Positions 1 to 9,108 of a DNA stretch of 64,000 nt are shown here, piece by piece. Source of the DNA: a virus (lineage: Duplodnaviria > Caudoviricetes); the IMG/VR virus record IMGVR_UViG_3300032216_002106, positions 12,059 through 76,058 of that record, one strand, 5' to 3'. The translations under genes and the position numbers were made by a program. Under the pieces are notes generated by a model. It worked only from the letters and a program-made list of their open reading frames with translations, did not search any database and was not told where the DNA came from. Numbering within the stretch: position 1 is the first letter of the stretch; each line of letters starts with the position of its first letter.

Positions 1-2
1 CC

Positions 3-434
3 CATCTTAAATACATAGAAAAAGAAAAAGAATTTGACTATAGCCAATATTGCTCTAAGGTAAATGCCAAGATCCTTAGAGATACAGTTTTTCTCAATAA
101 CCTGGAAGGCACAACTGCTTACTTTGGTGCAGCAGCAAAAGGCTGTGTGTACCTTAATGCTCTAAATGTCAGTACTGCAACGGATTCTAATACATATGTT
201 GTTGATGATACCGAAGCCAAGCAAGGGTTATATGTCCCTGGCACTGGAATGCAAATCTTAGATCGCAACTACCTATACAAAAACAAACCTGATAATCTCA
301 TTATTCTTGCCCATAACTACAGAGATTATCTCATTCAGGACCTACGGTCCCACTATGAAGGTCGAATCATCACAATGCTACCGTCCATTGAGATCGACAT
401 GTATGATGACAACAGGTCTTACTTCCAACAATGA
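3..434 (+). CDS. Sugar C-methyltransferase C-terminal domain protein (5'-truncated by window edge)
   Basis: Frame is open from position 3; YFGAAAKG, YVVDDTEAKQGLYVPGTG and PDNLIILAHNY match the C-methyltransferase C-terminal domain pattern. Confidence 0.75.
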   Translation, partial: HLKYIEKEKEFDYSQYCSKVNAKILRDTVFLNNLEGTTAYFGAAAKGCVYLNALNVSTATDSNTYVVDDTEAKQGLYVPGTGMQILDRNYLYKNKPDNLIILAHNYRDYLIQDLRSHYEGRIITMLPSIEIDMYDDNRSYFQQ

Positions 435-1045
435 ACCAACTCTGGCACATCCCCTCACAAGAGATTAATGCAATCCTTAACAAACATGAGATCAATGGGT
501 TTGAAGCTGTTGGTGGCACTGATAAAAATACCATCCATAACTATACCGGGATCTATGAGCATGTCTTGCAACCTTATCGCAAGCTCCCTGGTACCCTATT
601 GGAGTTAGGTGTACAGCACGGCGGATCTTCTTTGTTGTGGCATGACTACCTTCCTAACTTCCAATTGCACCTGGTAGACATTGCCAACATTGCTCCCAGT
701 AAAATCTGGGATAGCATGAATGCAGATCGTTATACTTTCTACAATATGGATGGATATAACGATACGACAGTACAGAAATTTAAAGAAGAAATACCCGATG
801 GGTTTGATGTTATTATTGACGATGGCCCACATACCTTACAGAGTCAAGTCTTTGCTGTTAACTCTTACTTCCCAATGCTCAAGCCTGGTGGTATTTTGAT
901 CATTGAAGACATACAAGACAGTAATCATTTGGACATTCTTACTGATTGCCTAGAAGATCGATGTTTTGATGATGTACGTACATTTGACGTACGTCGTACT
1001 AAGGGTCGGTATGATGATCTAATCTGGACGGTTACCGCCGCTTAA
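431..1045 (+). CDS. Class I SAM-dependent methyltransferase (Methyltransf_24 / sugar O-methyltransferase-like)
   Basis: GTDK..H.Y..IYE, LLELGVQHGGS, DVIIDDGPH and LKPGGILIIEDI motifs; 4-nt overlap with upstream gene. Confidence 0.85.
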   Translation: MNQLWHIPSQEINAILNKHEINGFEAVGGTDKNTIHNYTGIYEHVLQPYRKLPGTLLELGVQHGGSSLLWHDYLPNFQLHLVDIANIAPSKIWDSMNADRYTFYNMDGYNDTTVQKFKEEIPDGFDVIIDDGPHTLQSQVFAVNSYFPMLKPGGILIIEDIQDSNHLDILTDCLEDRCFDDVRTFDVRRTKGRYDDLIWTVTAA

Positions 1046-1065
1046 TACTGTCGGTTCTCCGATCC

Positions 1066-1092
1066 AAGGGTGTCCGTTTAATTGACACCCTT
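1066..1092 (+). terminator. Hairpin downstream of methyltransferase genes (possible terminator)
   Basis: AAGGGTGTC / GACACCCTT 9-bp inverted repeat about 20 nt after the stop; weak U tail. Confidence 0.4.
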
Positions 1093-1166
1093 TATGTCAT
1101 ACTATTAATACCAGCAATTGTTCTGTGTACATTTACCCTATACTTAGGAAACCCAAAGAATCTGAA

Positions 1167-1367
1167 ATGGCATTATCAAAACAAGTAAAGGATTCAGTAC
1201 AAGAAGCAGGCGCTAGCTTGCGTAATGCACTGGCCTTTGCTGCCCGTGGGGAACACCCCATTATTATTCAAGGCTTAGCTGAGATTCTAATGAAGCTTGA
1301 CGCCCTAGAAACCATTGATGAATTCATGGCTAAGATGGGTGACCACAAGATGTGCGGACCCTTTTGA
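1167..1367 (+). CDS. Hypothetical protein
   Basis: ORF MALSKQVKDSVQEAG..., helical composition. Confidence 0.6.
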   Translation: MALSKQVKDSVQEAGASLRNALAFAARGEHPIIIQGLAEILMKLDALETIDEFMAKMGDHKMCGPF

Positions 1368-1374
1368 TACCTAG

Positions 1375-1572
1375 TTATTTTTTCTTAGGTGTCCTTGCTT
1401 TCTTGCTAGCTTTTTTAGCTGCTTCTGTGTTGGGTACAAACTGCTTACCCTGTTTGCTACCCGCTTTTTTCTTTGCGTCAGTCTTAGCGCGTTCTTCTTT
1501 TGACAAAGAAGCCCACGCCTTCTCTGGTAGATAACGTTTAGTACCGTCTGGTGTAATTGCTTTGTCAACCAT
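1375..1572 (-). CDS. Basic protein, DUF5872-like C-terminal half
   Basis: RYLPEKAWASLS...GKQFVPN motif typical of the family's C-terminal part. Confidence 0.55.
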   Translation of the reverse strand: MVDKAITPDGTKRYLPEKAWASLSKEERAKTDAKKKAGSKQGKQFVPNTEAAKKASKKARTPKKK

Positions 1573-1856
1573 TACTTACTCTCCTTGTATTTTTTAGCCG
1601 CAGCTTTAGCTTTACCACGTTTTTCATACTCATCTTTTGTTTGCCACTTTTCTTTCCCCCATTTCTCTAGTGATTTTTGCCTAGAGTCTTTACCGCCTTG
1701 GTACCCACCACCAGCCTTTTCATATTCTTGTACAAGAAGCTGACTCTTACGGGCGCTCCATTGACCGGGCTTACCTCCCTTGTCACCAGCCATTATACGA
1801 TCTTTAATACGTTCACGTAATTCCGGCTTAGTATATTTTTTAGTATCTTGTGACAT
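1572..1856 (-). CDS. Basic protein, DUF5872-like N-terminal half
   Basis: YTKPELRERIK...GGKPGQWSARKSQLLVQEYEKAGGGY. Confidence 0.6.
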   Translation of the reverse strand: MSQDTKKYTKPELRERIKDRIMAGDKGGKPGQWSARKSQLLVQEYEKAGGGYQGGKDSRQKSLEKWGKEKWQTKDEYEKRGKAKAAAKKYKESK

Positions 1857-1865
1857 AATTATTTA

Positions 1866-3437
1866 TTAACGAAAAAATAAACCTTTGGCTTCTGATATGC
1901 CCAATTCAGGAATAGTCACTTGTCCAAAAGGTGTGGGAAATTTCCACTTACCACCACGTTGTCTAGCAGCTTCTGCCTGTTTAAATTTAGTTTCGCGTAA
2001 TTGATTTTCATAGGCTTCTTGTCTTGGAGTTATTCTAGAAGAACCAGGAGCCAAAGTTGCCATTGAAACAGCAGCAACAGGAGAACTAACAGCAGCAAGA
2101 GCACGTGCTGGCCAGGCAATGCCCGCTTTAGCAGCATTAACAACACCTGTTCTTACTGCACCTTCCATTAATGCGCCTGTTGCAGCAGCAGCACCTGCTT
2201 TTGCCGCAGCAGACACATATTGTTTTTTTTCTATGTCTTTGAAAACTTCTGGACTATATAAAGCTCCTGCAATAAAGCCACCTGTTTTTAATGGGTTAAT
2301 ATTTCCAAAACTACGACCTGCGTATGTAGATGGATTTTCTAAACTTTTTGGAACAGCCAGCCGCACTACTTTATTATCTACATATACAGGTTGAAAAGCA
2401 TGAGAAACTTCAAATCTCACATCTGTTGGATCAAGAAAAATTTTATTAATTCCTGCTTTTACTTTTTGTTCAGGTGTTGCGCCTAATACATCAAACTCTT
2501 TAAAAATAGGAACAGCACCACGCTCTCTTTCAGAGATACCCAAAGGTGGAACAGGTGTTGCAATGTTTTCTAATACTTGTTTTATTGGCGCTGGGCGTTC
2601 TGAAGTTCCCTCAAGTTTTGCTAATGTTTCAGCTAAGTGTTGAAAATATTCATCTGGTCGATTGACATCAGTTAAAGGTCCACTTTCAAAACCATAATTT
2701 TTTATTTTAGTATACAAATCTGCAGCTGTTACTTCTCCTCTTGCTTTAATGTTTTCTTTGGGATAATATAAATCTCCTCCATAATGTTGACTTCTTTGTC
2801 CCCACCGACGATTTTCAATGAGTGTTGGATTACTTACAACTTCTCCTGTTGTATTAAAAGGTCCTTGTTTTTCAGGGTCAAGGTCAAGTTTAGTCATATA
2901 CAATGTTGGGTTTGCAGTTGTAACAACTTTTCTATTTAAATTTCCCCGTGCATAACCCCATTGAGGTTCATCAGGATTGCCCCAAATATAACCTTTAGCC
3001 CCACCTTTTCCAGTTTCAGCTGGTGTTAATTCAGGTGTAGCAAAACGTGCTGGATTAGGGCCGGGTGTGACAGTAATATTGTCTGTTAAATTATTAACCG
3101 ATTCAATATTTTCTAATGTTTCTTTATATTTACCAGCCAAAGAAAGATCAGCAGGTACAAACGGACTAGTAGTTGAAGGAATAAATTCTTTAAGAATATC
3201 TCCAGCATAATTTTCAAGACCTTTTGATCCTCTTTCTAAATAAAGATTTTTTAAACGCGGATCAACATCTTTAAAATATGGTCCAGCTTGAAATACAGCA
3301 CGGTTAATATTAAACTCATCATTTTTTGCGTTTTCTTGTGCTATTGAATTCCCTAGAATTGGAAGCAATAATCCCATGCCCCCCGTAGCAGCAATTGTTT
3401 TATTTTCAAGATCTTTTCTATATTCATTAGGATCCAT
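1866..3437 (-). CDS. Large hypothetical protein with Ala/Gly-rich hydrophobic C-terminal segment
   Basis: 523-aa ORF; no recognised catalytic motif. Confidence 0.75.
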   Translation of the reverse strand: MDPNEYRKDLENKTIAATGGMGLLLPILGNSIAQENAKNDEFNINRAVFQAGPYFKDVDPRLKNLYLERGSKGLENYAGDILKEFIPSTTSPFVPADLSLAGKYKETLENIESVNNLTDNITVTPGPNPARFATPELTPAETGKGGAKGYIWGNPDEPQWGYARGNLNRKVVTTANPTLYMTKLDLDPEKQGPFNTTGEVVSNPTLIENRRWGQRSQHYGGDLYYPKENIKARGEVTAADLYTKIKNYGFESGPLTDVNRPDEYFQHLAETLAKLEGTSERPAPIKQVLENIATPVPPLGISERERGAVPIFKEFDVLGATPEQKVKAGINKIFLDPTDVRFEVSHAFQPVYVDNKVVRLAVPKSLENPSTYAGRSFGNINPLKTGGFIAGALYSPEVFKDIEKKQYVSAAAKAGAAAATGALMEGAVRTGVVNAAKAGIAWPARALAAVSSPVAAVSMATLAPGSSRITPRQEAYENQLRETKFKQAEAARQRGGKWKFPTPFGQVTIPELGISEAKGLFFR

Positions 3438-3988
3438 TAGCTATGCCTCAATGTGGCTTTTAAAAACCATGTGGCTTTAAAAGTTTCTCCTGCTAGTTCT
3501 GCTGCGTAGTTTTCAATATCAATAGCTTCAACTTCTCTGGCAACCATAGCAAGATCTTTGGATTTCATAGCAAAGTCTTCTAGGTTTTTAAGATATGTCA
3601 TCAGCATTGACCTGCCATCATAACTAGTGACATTGTCAAAGTCAGGATGTGCGTCCCTTAATCCACATGCACACATAGGCATGAGGTAATCCATGCTACG
3701 TGTGAACTCAGCCAGCTTATCAAACTGTTCAATATGTGCTTCGTATTGTTCTTTTAAAAACTCATGAATAGAAAAGAAGTTACTGGCTTCATAGTTAAGA
3801 TGATTTAGATGAGCTTGGGTATAAAGCTGATTTGCGTAAGAAGCATGGCCAATCAACTGTTGAATAAAGGTAGGGATATCAGGCTTGGCTGTTACTGCTT
3901 TGGTTTTTTTGGTTTTAGGTTCTACAAACTTAGGCTCCACCTGGGGCGCAGGAACATATTGTACGGGGGGTTGACCAGAGGTATACAT
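3437..3988 (-). CDS. dps: Dps-like (DNA-binding ferritin-like) protein
   Basis: AHLNHLN...FFSIHEFLKEQYE...QFDKLAEFTR aligns with Dps ferroxidase His/His/Asp/Glu residues. Confidence 0.8.
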   Translation of the reverse strand: MYTSGQPPVQYVPAPQVEPKFVEPKTKKTKAVTAKPDIPTFIQQLIGHASYANQLYTQAHLNHLNYEASNFFSIHEFLKEQYEAHIEQFDKLAEFTRSMDYLMPMCACGLRDAHPDFDNVTSYDGRSMLMTYLKNLEDFAMKSKDLAMVAREVEAIDIENYAAELAGETFKATWFLKATLRHS

Positions 3989-4065
3989 AAGTCTTTATCA
4001 ATATGTATAGTCTATCAAACCTTATTTTAAAAATCTTAAATTAGAATAATAAAAAAGAGTTTGTT

Positions 4066-4401
4066 ATGTCTTCTTCTCAAAATTTGTTTAGCAACTATCC
4101 TGTGTTAACAGCTCCTGCTTCTGGTGAGGTAATGCTAGTTCAGCAAGGTGAAGCTATTGCTACACGAAACTATACATTTTTTGTTACAGTTGCATCTATT
4201 AATACAAATGCTGTTGTTGCACTAAACGGCTCTATTGATGGAACCAATTGGTCAAAAGTAATTACTAATCAAACAATTACCTCTAATGGCACTACGCATT
4301 ATAATCTTGCCAATCATCCATTGTTATATGTTCAACCTGTATTTGTATCAGAGTCTGGTGGGACCGCAGCCACTGTGTTATTCAGCATAGGTGCTGGTTA
4401 G
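4066..4401 (+). CDS. Hypothetical beta-rich protein, possibly virion-associated
   Basis: 111-aa Thr/Val-rich ORF preceded by TAGAAT at 4042-4047. Confidence 0.65.
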   Translation: MSSSQNLFSNYPVLTAPASGEVMLVQQGEAIATRNYTFFVTVASINTNAVVALNGSIDGTNWSKVITNQTITSNGTTHYNLANHPLLYVQPVFVSESGGTAATVLFSIGAG

Positions 4402-4555
4402 TTATTTGTATCAGTTGTCAAGCCACTTTTAAAAACATCAAGGTCTTTACCCTGGATACCAGCGCAGGCTTTCTGATAAAAGTAACAATCAGTTTTACCA
4501 GCCGCCTCTAAGGCGGCCTTAACTTTTCTCCACTTAATAATTTGTTCTTCTTCCA

Positions 4556-4891
4556 TTAGAATATAAATGGTTGGGGAAGAGTCTCTTTAAAAAATATTGA
4601 GTACATGTCTTTAGCAAAGCCTTGTTCTTTGTTGGTGCGCTTGAGTTCATCTTCTATTACCCGCTTAAATTCTTCATAGTATTCTTCTGGGGTCAATTGA
4701 TTTTCACCTACAAATTCAAAGTAGTTGTCATATAAGCATTCGTATAAACGTTTCTTAAACGTTTCTTTATTAGTTTTTAAATACGTATTTGTTTCCCTTG
4801 CGTCTTTAGCCTCCAAAGAACTCCAAGCTTGATTGCGTTCTTTTTCTGCATTTGCTAGCCATTCACTAAGAGACATAACAATACTTGTCAT
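4556..4891 (-). CDS. Hypothetical protein
   Basis: 111-aa ORF at the end of the minus-strand arm. Confidence 0.6.
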   Translation of the reverse strand: MTSIVMSLSEWLANAEKERNQAWSSLEAKDARETNTYLKTNKETFKKRLYECLYDNYFEFVGENQLTPEEYYEEFKRVIEDELKRTNKEQGFAKDMYSIFFKETLPQPFIF

Positions 4892-4963
4892 AGCAATACT
4901 TTTTCAGGATAACGCAAACTTCACGTTTTATGAAAATTTAATAACAAAGAAATTCTATAGCTT

Positions 4964-5218
4964 TTAAATAATTGTTTTAGTAGTATCCGCTACTTTTTTT
5001 TTACCTGGTCTCTCATACCCATACTGGGCTAGCCAATCTCTAAATGCCTCACCCGTAGGCGTCTTTGCTGGCCATGCCACCCACTTAACTAATGCTTTTA
5101 CATCAGTAAACAACCTTGTGACATGGGGTTTCCATACAAGGAATACCAAGGGAGAACCATCCCTAGATACCTGAGCCTTTACTGATAGTTCACTAGCCTT
5201 GAACTCATCTTCTTTCAT
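4964..5218 (-). CDS. Hypothetical protein
   Basis: 84-aa ORF, ATGA-coupled to upstream gene. Confidence 0.65.
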   Translation of the reverse strand: MKEDEFKASELSVKAQVSRDGSPLVFLVWKPHVTRLFTDVKALVKWVAWPAKTPTGEAFRDWLAQYGYERPGKKKVADTTKTII

Positions 5219-5478
5219 CGATCAAATTCAGGTTCTTGTACTTGGGCAGCTTCCTCTTCTGCCAAAGCCTGGGCCGCAGCTTGCCTTAGTGCCACATCTA
5301 AATTAAAATCTTCAATAAATTTTAATCTTTGAAAGTACTCATCTCTGCAGTGAACAGCTGCTTCATCTTTAAATTTTTCCCATAGACCTGTATACAATCC
5401 ATTACCAGGCTGGTACACATCATAGATGTGGTCCATGAAGTCAGCCTTCTGTTGTTCTTTTATAGGATCAATGAACAT
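5215..5478 (-). CDS. Hypothetical protein
   Basis: 87-aa ORF in tightly packed operon. Confidence 0.65.
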   Translation of the reverse strand: MFIDPIKEQQKADFMDHIYDVYQPGNGLYTGLWEKFKDEAAVHCRDEYFQRLKFIEDFNLDVALRQAAAQALAEEEAAQVQEPEFDR

Positions 5479-5671
5479 TGCTATCCTCTACATTGGTAAT
5501 ACTTGTAAACACACCTTGAATATCAGGTGTTAACTCAAAAAGCAAATCAGCAATCTTATCCTGGAGCAGCTCACCTACTTCTGTTGTAGTACGCCCATGG
5601 AATGGGTCATAGATTATTTCAAGGTCAACAGCAAATGAAATTCTAATGACGGGCTTGGGATCGGTTTTCAT
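5468..5671 (-). CDS. Hypothetical protein
   Basis: 67-aa ORF in tightly packed operon. Confidence 0.6.
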   Translation of the reverse strand: MKTDPKPVIRISFAVDLEIIYDPFHGRTTTEVGELLQDKIADLLFELTPDIQGVFTSITNVEDSNVH

Positions 5672-5697
5672 CTCTTGAATGAGAGTACCCAGAAAGT

Positions 5698-5922
5698 CTA
5701 GCTGCCTTTTGGAGGATTGGAACCAATACCAATTAGTGTTGCCAATAGTGCTGACAGGGTTCCTGCTGCCCGTTCCCCCGGTGCCTTACAGACCGACAGG
5801 GATTGGTCAGTTGCATTGCCCCGTGGTATTAGATAAAACATGCATGCCGCCCAGTCAGCTACCGACAAGCTTGCACTGGTAACCACCACTGCCAAAATAC
5901 AAGTAGATAACCATTTAGCCAT
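5698..5922 (-). CDS. Small membrane protein (two hydrophobic segments)
   Basis: LSTCILAVVVTSASLSV and AGTLSALLATLIGIG. Confidence 0.55.
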   Translation of the reverse strand: MAKWLSTCILAVVVTSASLSVADWAACMFYLIPRGNATDQSLSVCKAPGERAAGTLSALLATLIGIGSNPPKGS

Positions 5923-6182
5923 TACCCCTCCAGCAAACGTTCTAAGGTATTGACCTGCTGCTGCTGGTACACACCCAACCGTTCTTCAATTAAATTGTTG
6001 TAAGCAATAGCAGCATCAACTAACTCAGCTGGTTCAGACTGAGAACATACTGAGTCATTAGCAAGAAGCGCAGCAACCAAAATGGTTACCCTCATTTCTT
6101 GCTTGGTACCAATCAACGCTGGCAACGGGGTGCCACCATTGGTAAATGCTTCTAACAGATTGTAAAGATGTTGAATATCCAC
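5922..6182 (-). CDS. Hypothetical protein
   Basis: 86-aa ORF with GTG start, coupled to downstream gene. Confidence 0.6.
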   Translation of the reverse strand: MDIQHLYNLLEAFTNGGTPLPALIGTKQEMRVTILVAALLANDSVCSQSEPAELVDAAIAYNNLIEERLGVYQQQQVNTLERLLEG

Positions 6183-6272
6183 AGTAAGTAAGCAGAAGAA
6201 GATGGCCTGAACGTAATATAACTCAAGGTTGTAACAGGGGTTCAGGCCCTATGTCTTCTACTTTAACACCTA

Positions 6273-6488
6273 CTACTTCTCTGCTTTTACCATGTGATAC
6301 CAATAGGCTCTTGCCGCTGTTAGGTGAAAACGTTTGCCACCTAATAACTTATACTTTTTATTTTCTGTTTCCTCTAGCTCATCTTCTTGGTACGGCAAGA
6401 CTTCATCTTCAGCTAGACGTGAACGATTGATCTCATTCATTTCTATCTGTAGACCAAAGTCTTCTGCCGCATGGTAATGACATGACAT
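6273..6488 (-). CDS. Hypothetical protein (probable start MSCHYHAAEDF)
   Basis: Shortened from the 6273..6740 ORF to avoid a 236-nt overlap with the Gp157-like gene. Confidence 0.55.
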   Translation of the reverse strand: MSCHYHAAEDFGLQIEMNEINRSRLAEDEVLPYQEDELEETENKKYKLLGGKRFHLTAARAYWYHMVKAEK

Positions 6489-6504
6489 TTTGATGTGTGC
6501 ATCA

Positions 6505-7233
6505 TCAACACTGGTAGGAGGTTCGATCTTGTAATAAAAGTTCTCCGTTACATTCGGATGCTTCCACTTCCAACCGTTTAGATGTGAGTAGTCTTTTCGG
6601 TCGGACTGAATACTCTTGGACAATTTTGATTCCATAGGGAATTGCCTGGCCTGCTTGGTAAGCGTTGCGGAGTTCATCAAGGTTAGGTAGTATTTCAGAT
6701 TTGGTTTTAGGTTCAGTTTTCTCTTCGAGAACTGACCCATCCATGGATCGTACCACAGTTTGTTTTGTTGTTGTAACTTCTTGAATTAAACAAAATTTTT
6801 GTTGCTCTTCTGGGGTCCAATCATCTACGTTACTATTGATGGTAACTGTGAGAGCTGGTTTTTGTACGAGAACAAACTCATAGTTGCGACCTGTAATTCT
6901 GTTTTCTTTAATAACGCCTGATCGACGTATCCAATTAAGTAGTCCCTTGAGTCCAGTGAGCTGGGCCTCATGATGTTTTTTTGCTGTTGACAGCAGCTCT
7001 TGTTCTTTTTTGACACGATCTAAGGCATCCTCATGTGCAGACATTGCGTAGTAAATGCGATCAATTTTATCTGACCGCAGGTTAGCAGTTTGTTCTAGCT
7101 CTGCCTTACACAAAGTTTGTGACTCTGGTGTAAGTAAAGGTAGGCTACGCTCTAGAACTTGGTAGTGCTCATAAAGTTTTAAAACATTGAGCTGATCAAG
7201 TTTGGTTGCTGTAACTTGAGTTGAGTTAGTCAT
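6505..7233 (-). CDS. Siphovirus Gp157-like protein
   Basis: Coiled-coil KIDRIYYAMSAHEDALDRVKKEQELL...HEAQLTGLKGLL followed by a beta region. Confidence 0.6.
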   Translation of the reverse strand: MTNSTQVTATKLDQLNVLKLYEHYQVLERSLPLLTPESQTLCKAELEQTANLRSDKIDRIYYAMSAHEDALDRVKKEQELLSTAKKHHEAQLTGLKGLLNWIRRSGVIKENRITGRNYEFVLVQKPALTVTINSNVDDWTPEEQQKFCLIQEVTTTKQTVVRSMDGSVLEEKTEPKTKSEILPNLDELRNAYQAGQAIPYGIKIVQEYSVRPKRLLTSKRLEVEASECNGELLLQDRTSYQC

Positions 7234-7239
7234 TGTTGT

Positions 7240-7353
7240 TTAAGCAAACTGTGATTTGATTTTGTTTAAAGCCCAAGTAATAGCAATAGCACTTACCGCA
7301 AGCAATAAGTCTTTGCAGATAGAACAGACAATAGGAAACAAGAAGTCGAACAT
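7240..7353 (-). CDS. 37-aa membrane peptide missed by the ORF track (MFDFLFPIVCSICKDLLLAVSAIAITWALNKIKSQFA)
   Basis: ATG about 21 nt downstream of motif A copy 1; fills the gap before the Gp157-like gene. Confidence 0.6.
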   Translation of the reverse strand: MFDFLFPIVCSICKDLLLAVSAIAITWALNKIKSQFA

Positions 7354-7374
7354 TAGAGTGAATGATGGATGGGC

Positions 7375-7400
7375 AGCAGTTTAACGTCTTGCTTAGGACG
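7375..7400 (-). ncRNA. Motif A pseudoknot leader, copy 1
   Basis: CGUC-CUAAGCAA-GACG-UUAAAC-UGCU. Confidence 0.7.
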
Positions 7401-7407
7401 ATAGCTA

Positions 7408-7662
7408 CTATTTATTTACTAGTGCAGCAAGTTCTTCTGCAGTGCCTACCTTAGTTATTGACAGCTCTTGACTAAAACAACTTCTTGAAGATACCAATAA
7501 ATCGTATACAACATTGTCGTAGTTAACACGAGCCTTACGTGTACCTGTGTAATTGTTTATTAATGAATGTAATTTCCATTCTTCTGTATGTAATTGGTCT
7601 TTTAATTTGTTAATCTTTTGTTTTTGATTAAACAATTGACGAAGCGTTGGTGATTTAGCCAT
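7408..7662 (-). CDS. Hypothetical protein (probable start MAKSPTLRQ)
   Basis: Start overlaps the stop of the SWIM gene. Confidence 0.55.
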   Translation of the reverse strand: MAKSPTLRQLFNQKQKINKLKDQLHTEEWKLHSLINNYTGTRKARVNYDNVVYDLLVSSRSCFSQELSITKVGTAEELAALVNK

Positions 7663-8596
7663 TGGTTGTTTTATAAGAAAGTTGAGGAAGGCTTGTGCCT
7701 GGAAATGGAACAAACCCCGCACTCAACATAGCGTCAAACAGATCCCATGCATCATCTGCAGTGTAGTGTTCCTGTGGTTTGTACGTACGCCAGTGAGACA
7801 TAGGTGCCATAGATCCTGACTTGGTATACAAGACAAGGAACCGACCCTTTGACTTATGGTCTTCTGGTGGAGCGTACCACCAAGCACATGCGTTATCAGG
7901 GGCAGACCCCCTGTACTGATCACGTACTTCAGAACGTTTTACCAATAGCTCACGATACTTCTTGAACCAAGTCAAGTGAATGCACCATGGCTTATAGCCT
8001 TGGATCTCTTGCTGGAACTCAGATAGATTTGTCAATTGCTGCTGGAATGAACCACAAGAACAATAAGGTTCTTTAACCTTTTGTTGTGCAGTAACTTCTT
8101 CTAAATCAGAGTCCATGTCTACTTCCTCATCAGAATCATAGAATCCTTCTGGTGCAATCAAGTGACCAAGATCTGTATGCTCACTTTGCAGCATAGCTTT
8201 AAGCTTGTCTTTACTCTTAAGGTAAATGAACTTATCAATCCATTCCCTTTGTAGTAACGCTTGACCAGTCTTGTGGCTCAGCTGATGTTGATAGTGCCAA
8301 CCTTTTAACATTACGTAAGAGTTATTATGCCAGATACCAGGACCTCTATAGTTAGGACCAAGGTATGCAAAAAAGTTTTTAAGACGACCAGTAAATTGCT
8401 GGTACGCATTAATCACATCTTGCCTAGGCACTAATAGCTCATTGCCATCTTGATGTACTACAACAATATTGTTATCACGTAGATAGATCCCGCTTACAGT
8501 GGTTTCATCAAACTCTGGTAGTGCACGTTTAATGTTGCTAATAGAATAGATTTGTTTTTGTGCAGAATTAAATTGGTCTTGAATTAGATTGTTCAT
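7655..8596 (-). CDS. SWIM zinc-finger protein
   Basis: YCSCGSF...PWCIHL (CxC-Xn-CxH). Confidence 0.7.
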   Translation of the reverse strand: MNNLIQDQFNSAQKQIYSISNIKRALPEFDETTVSGIYLRDNNIVVVHQDGNELLVPRQDVINAYQQFTGRLKNFFAYLGPNYRGPGIWHNNSYVMLKGWHYQHQLSHKTGQALLQREWIDKFIYLKSKDKLKAMLQSEHTDLGHLIAPEGFYDSDEEVDMDSDLEEVTAQQKVKEPYCSCGSFQQQLTNLSEFQQEIQGYKPWCIHLTWFKKYRELLVKRSEVRDQYRGSAPDNACAWWYAPPEDHKSKGRFLVLYTKSGSMAPMSHWRTYKPQEHYTADDAWDLFDAMLSAGFVPFPGTSLPQLSYKTTNG

Positions 8597-8617
8597 TAGT
8601 TAGAATTGAGTTGGTGA

Positions 8618-8833
8618 TTAGATGAACAGGTCGTCCTGCTCTGCCGGAATTTTAGCAGAGCTAGGGGCAGAGTCATAGGCTCTCTTACCAATTTTTAACA
8701 AACCATAGGCAAGCATCCCCCAGGTAATAGGGTTAGCAAGTGATGCCGCAAGGAATGTTCCCCCTACGGCATAGGGTGCCGTGTGTTTGATAGCAGCCTT
8801 TAGTTTTGTGTTCATAGTGGTAGCATTGAGCAA
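8618..8833 (-). CDS. Small hydrophobic protein
   Basis: APYAVGGTFLAASLANPITWGMLAYGLL. Confidence 0.5.
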   Translation of the reverse strand: MLNATTMNTKLKAAIKHTAPYAVGGTFLAASLANPITWGMLAYGLLKIGKRAYDSAPSSAKIPAEQDDLFI

Positions 8834-8847
8834 AGCTGTTCAGACTT

Positions 8848-9108
8848 ATGGAAATCAAAGTCATGCCCTTAAGCAAATTAGAACTTGACCCAGGGTTAGC
8901 TGATTTGTTTTGGAAAGAAAAAGTACAACGAGAGATTAACGAAAATACCTCAGTCAATGAACTAAGGCAGTACGCATCTTTGTTGTTGTCACTTGCAGTA
9001 CAACGTCAAGGAATAATAAAAGGACTTGCAAAAGAATTGCTCACTATCAAACATCTATTGATAGATGATAGTGAGCTTGCAAATCCTGAGATTACACCAG
9101 AGAGTTAG
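8848..9108 (+). CDS. Hypothetical protein (lone plus-strand gene in the early arm)
   Basis: 86-aa helical ORF filling the gap between minus-strand genes. Confidence 0.55.
   Translation: MEIKVMPLSKLELDPGLADLFWKEKVQREINENTSVNELRQYASLLLSLAVQRQGIIKGLAKELLTIKHLLIDDSELANPEITPES

Noticed and set aside
1082-1110. Sigma70 promoter from perfect TTGACA
   Set aside because: No good -10 at 16-18 bp spacing; the hexamer is part of a hairpin arm
6489-6740. N-terminal extension of ORF 6273..6740
   Set aside because: Overlaps the Gp157-like gene by 236 nt; an internal ATG at 6488 gives a clean arrangement
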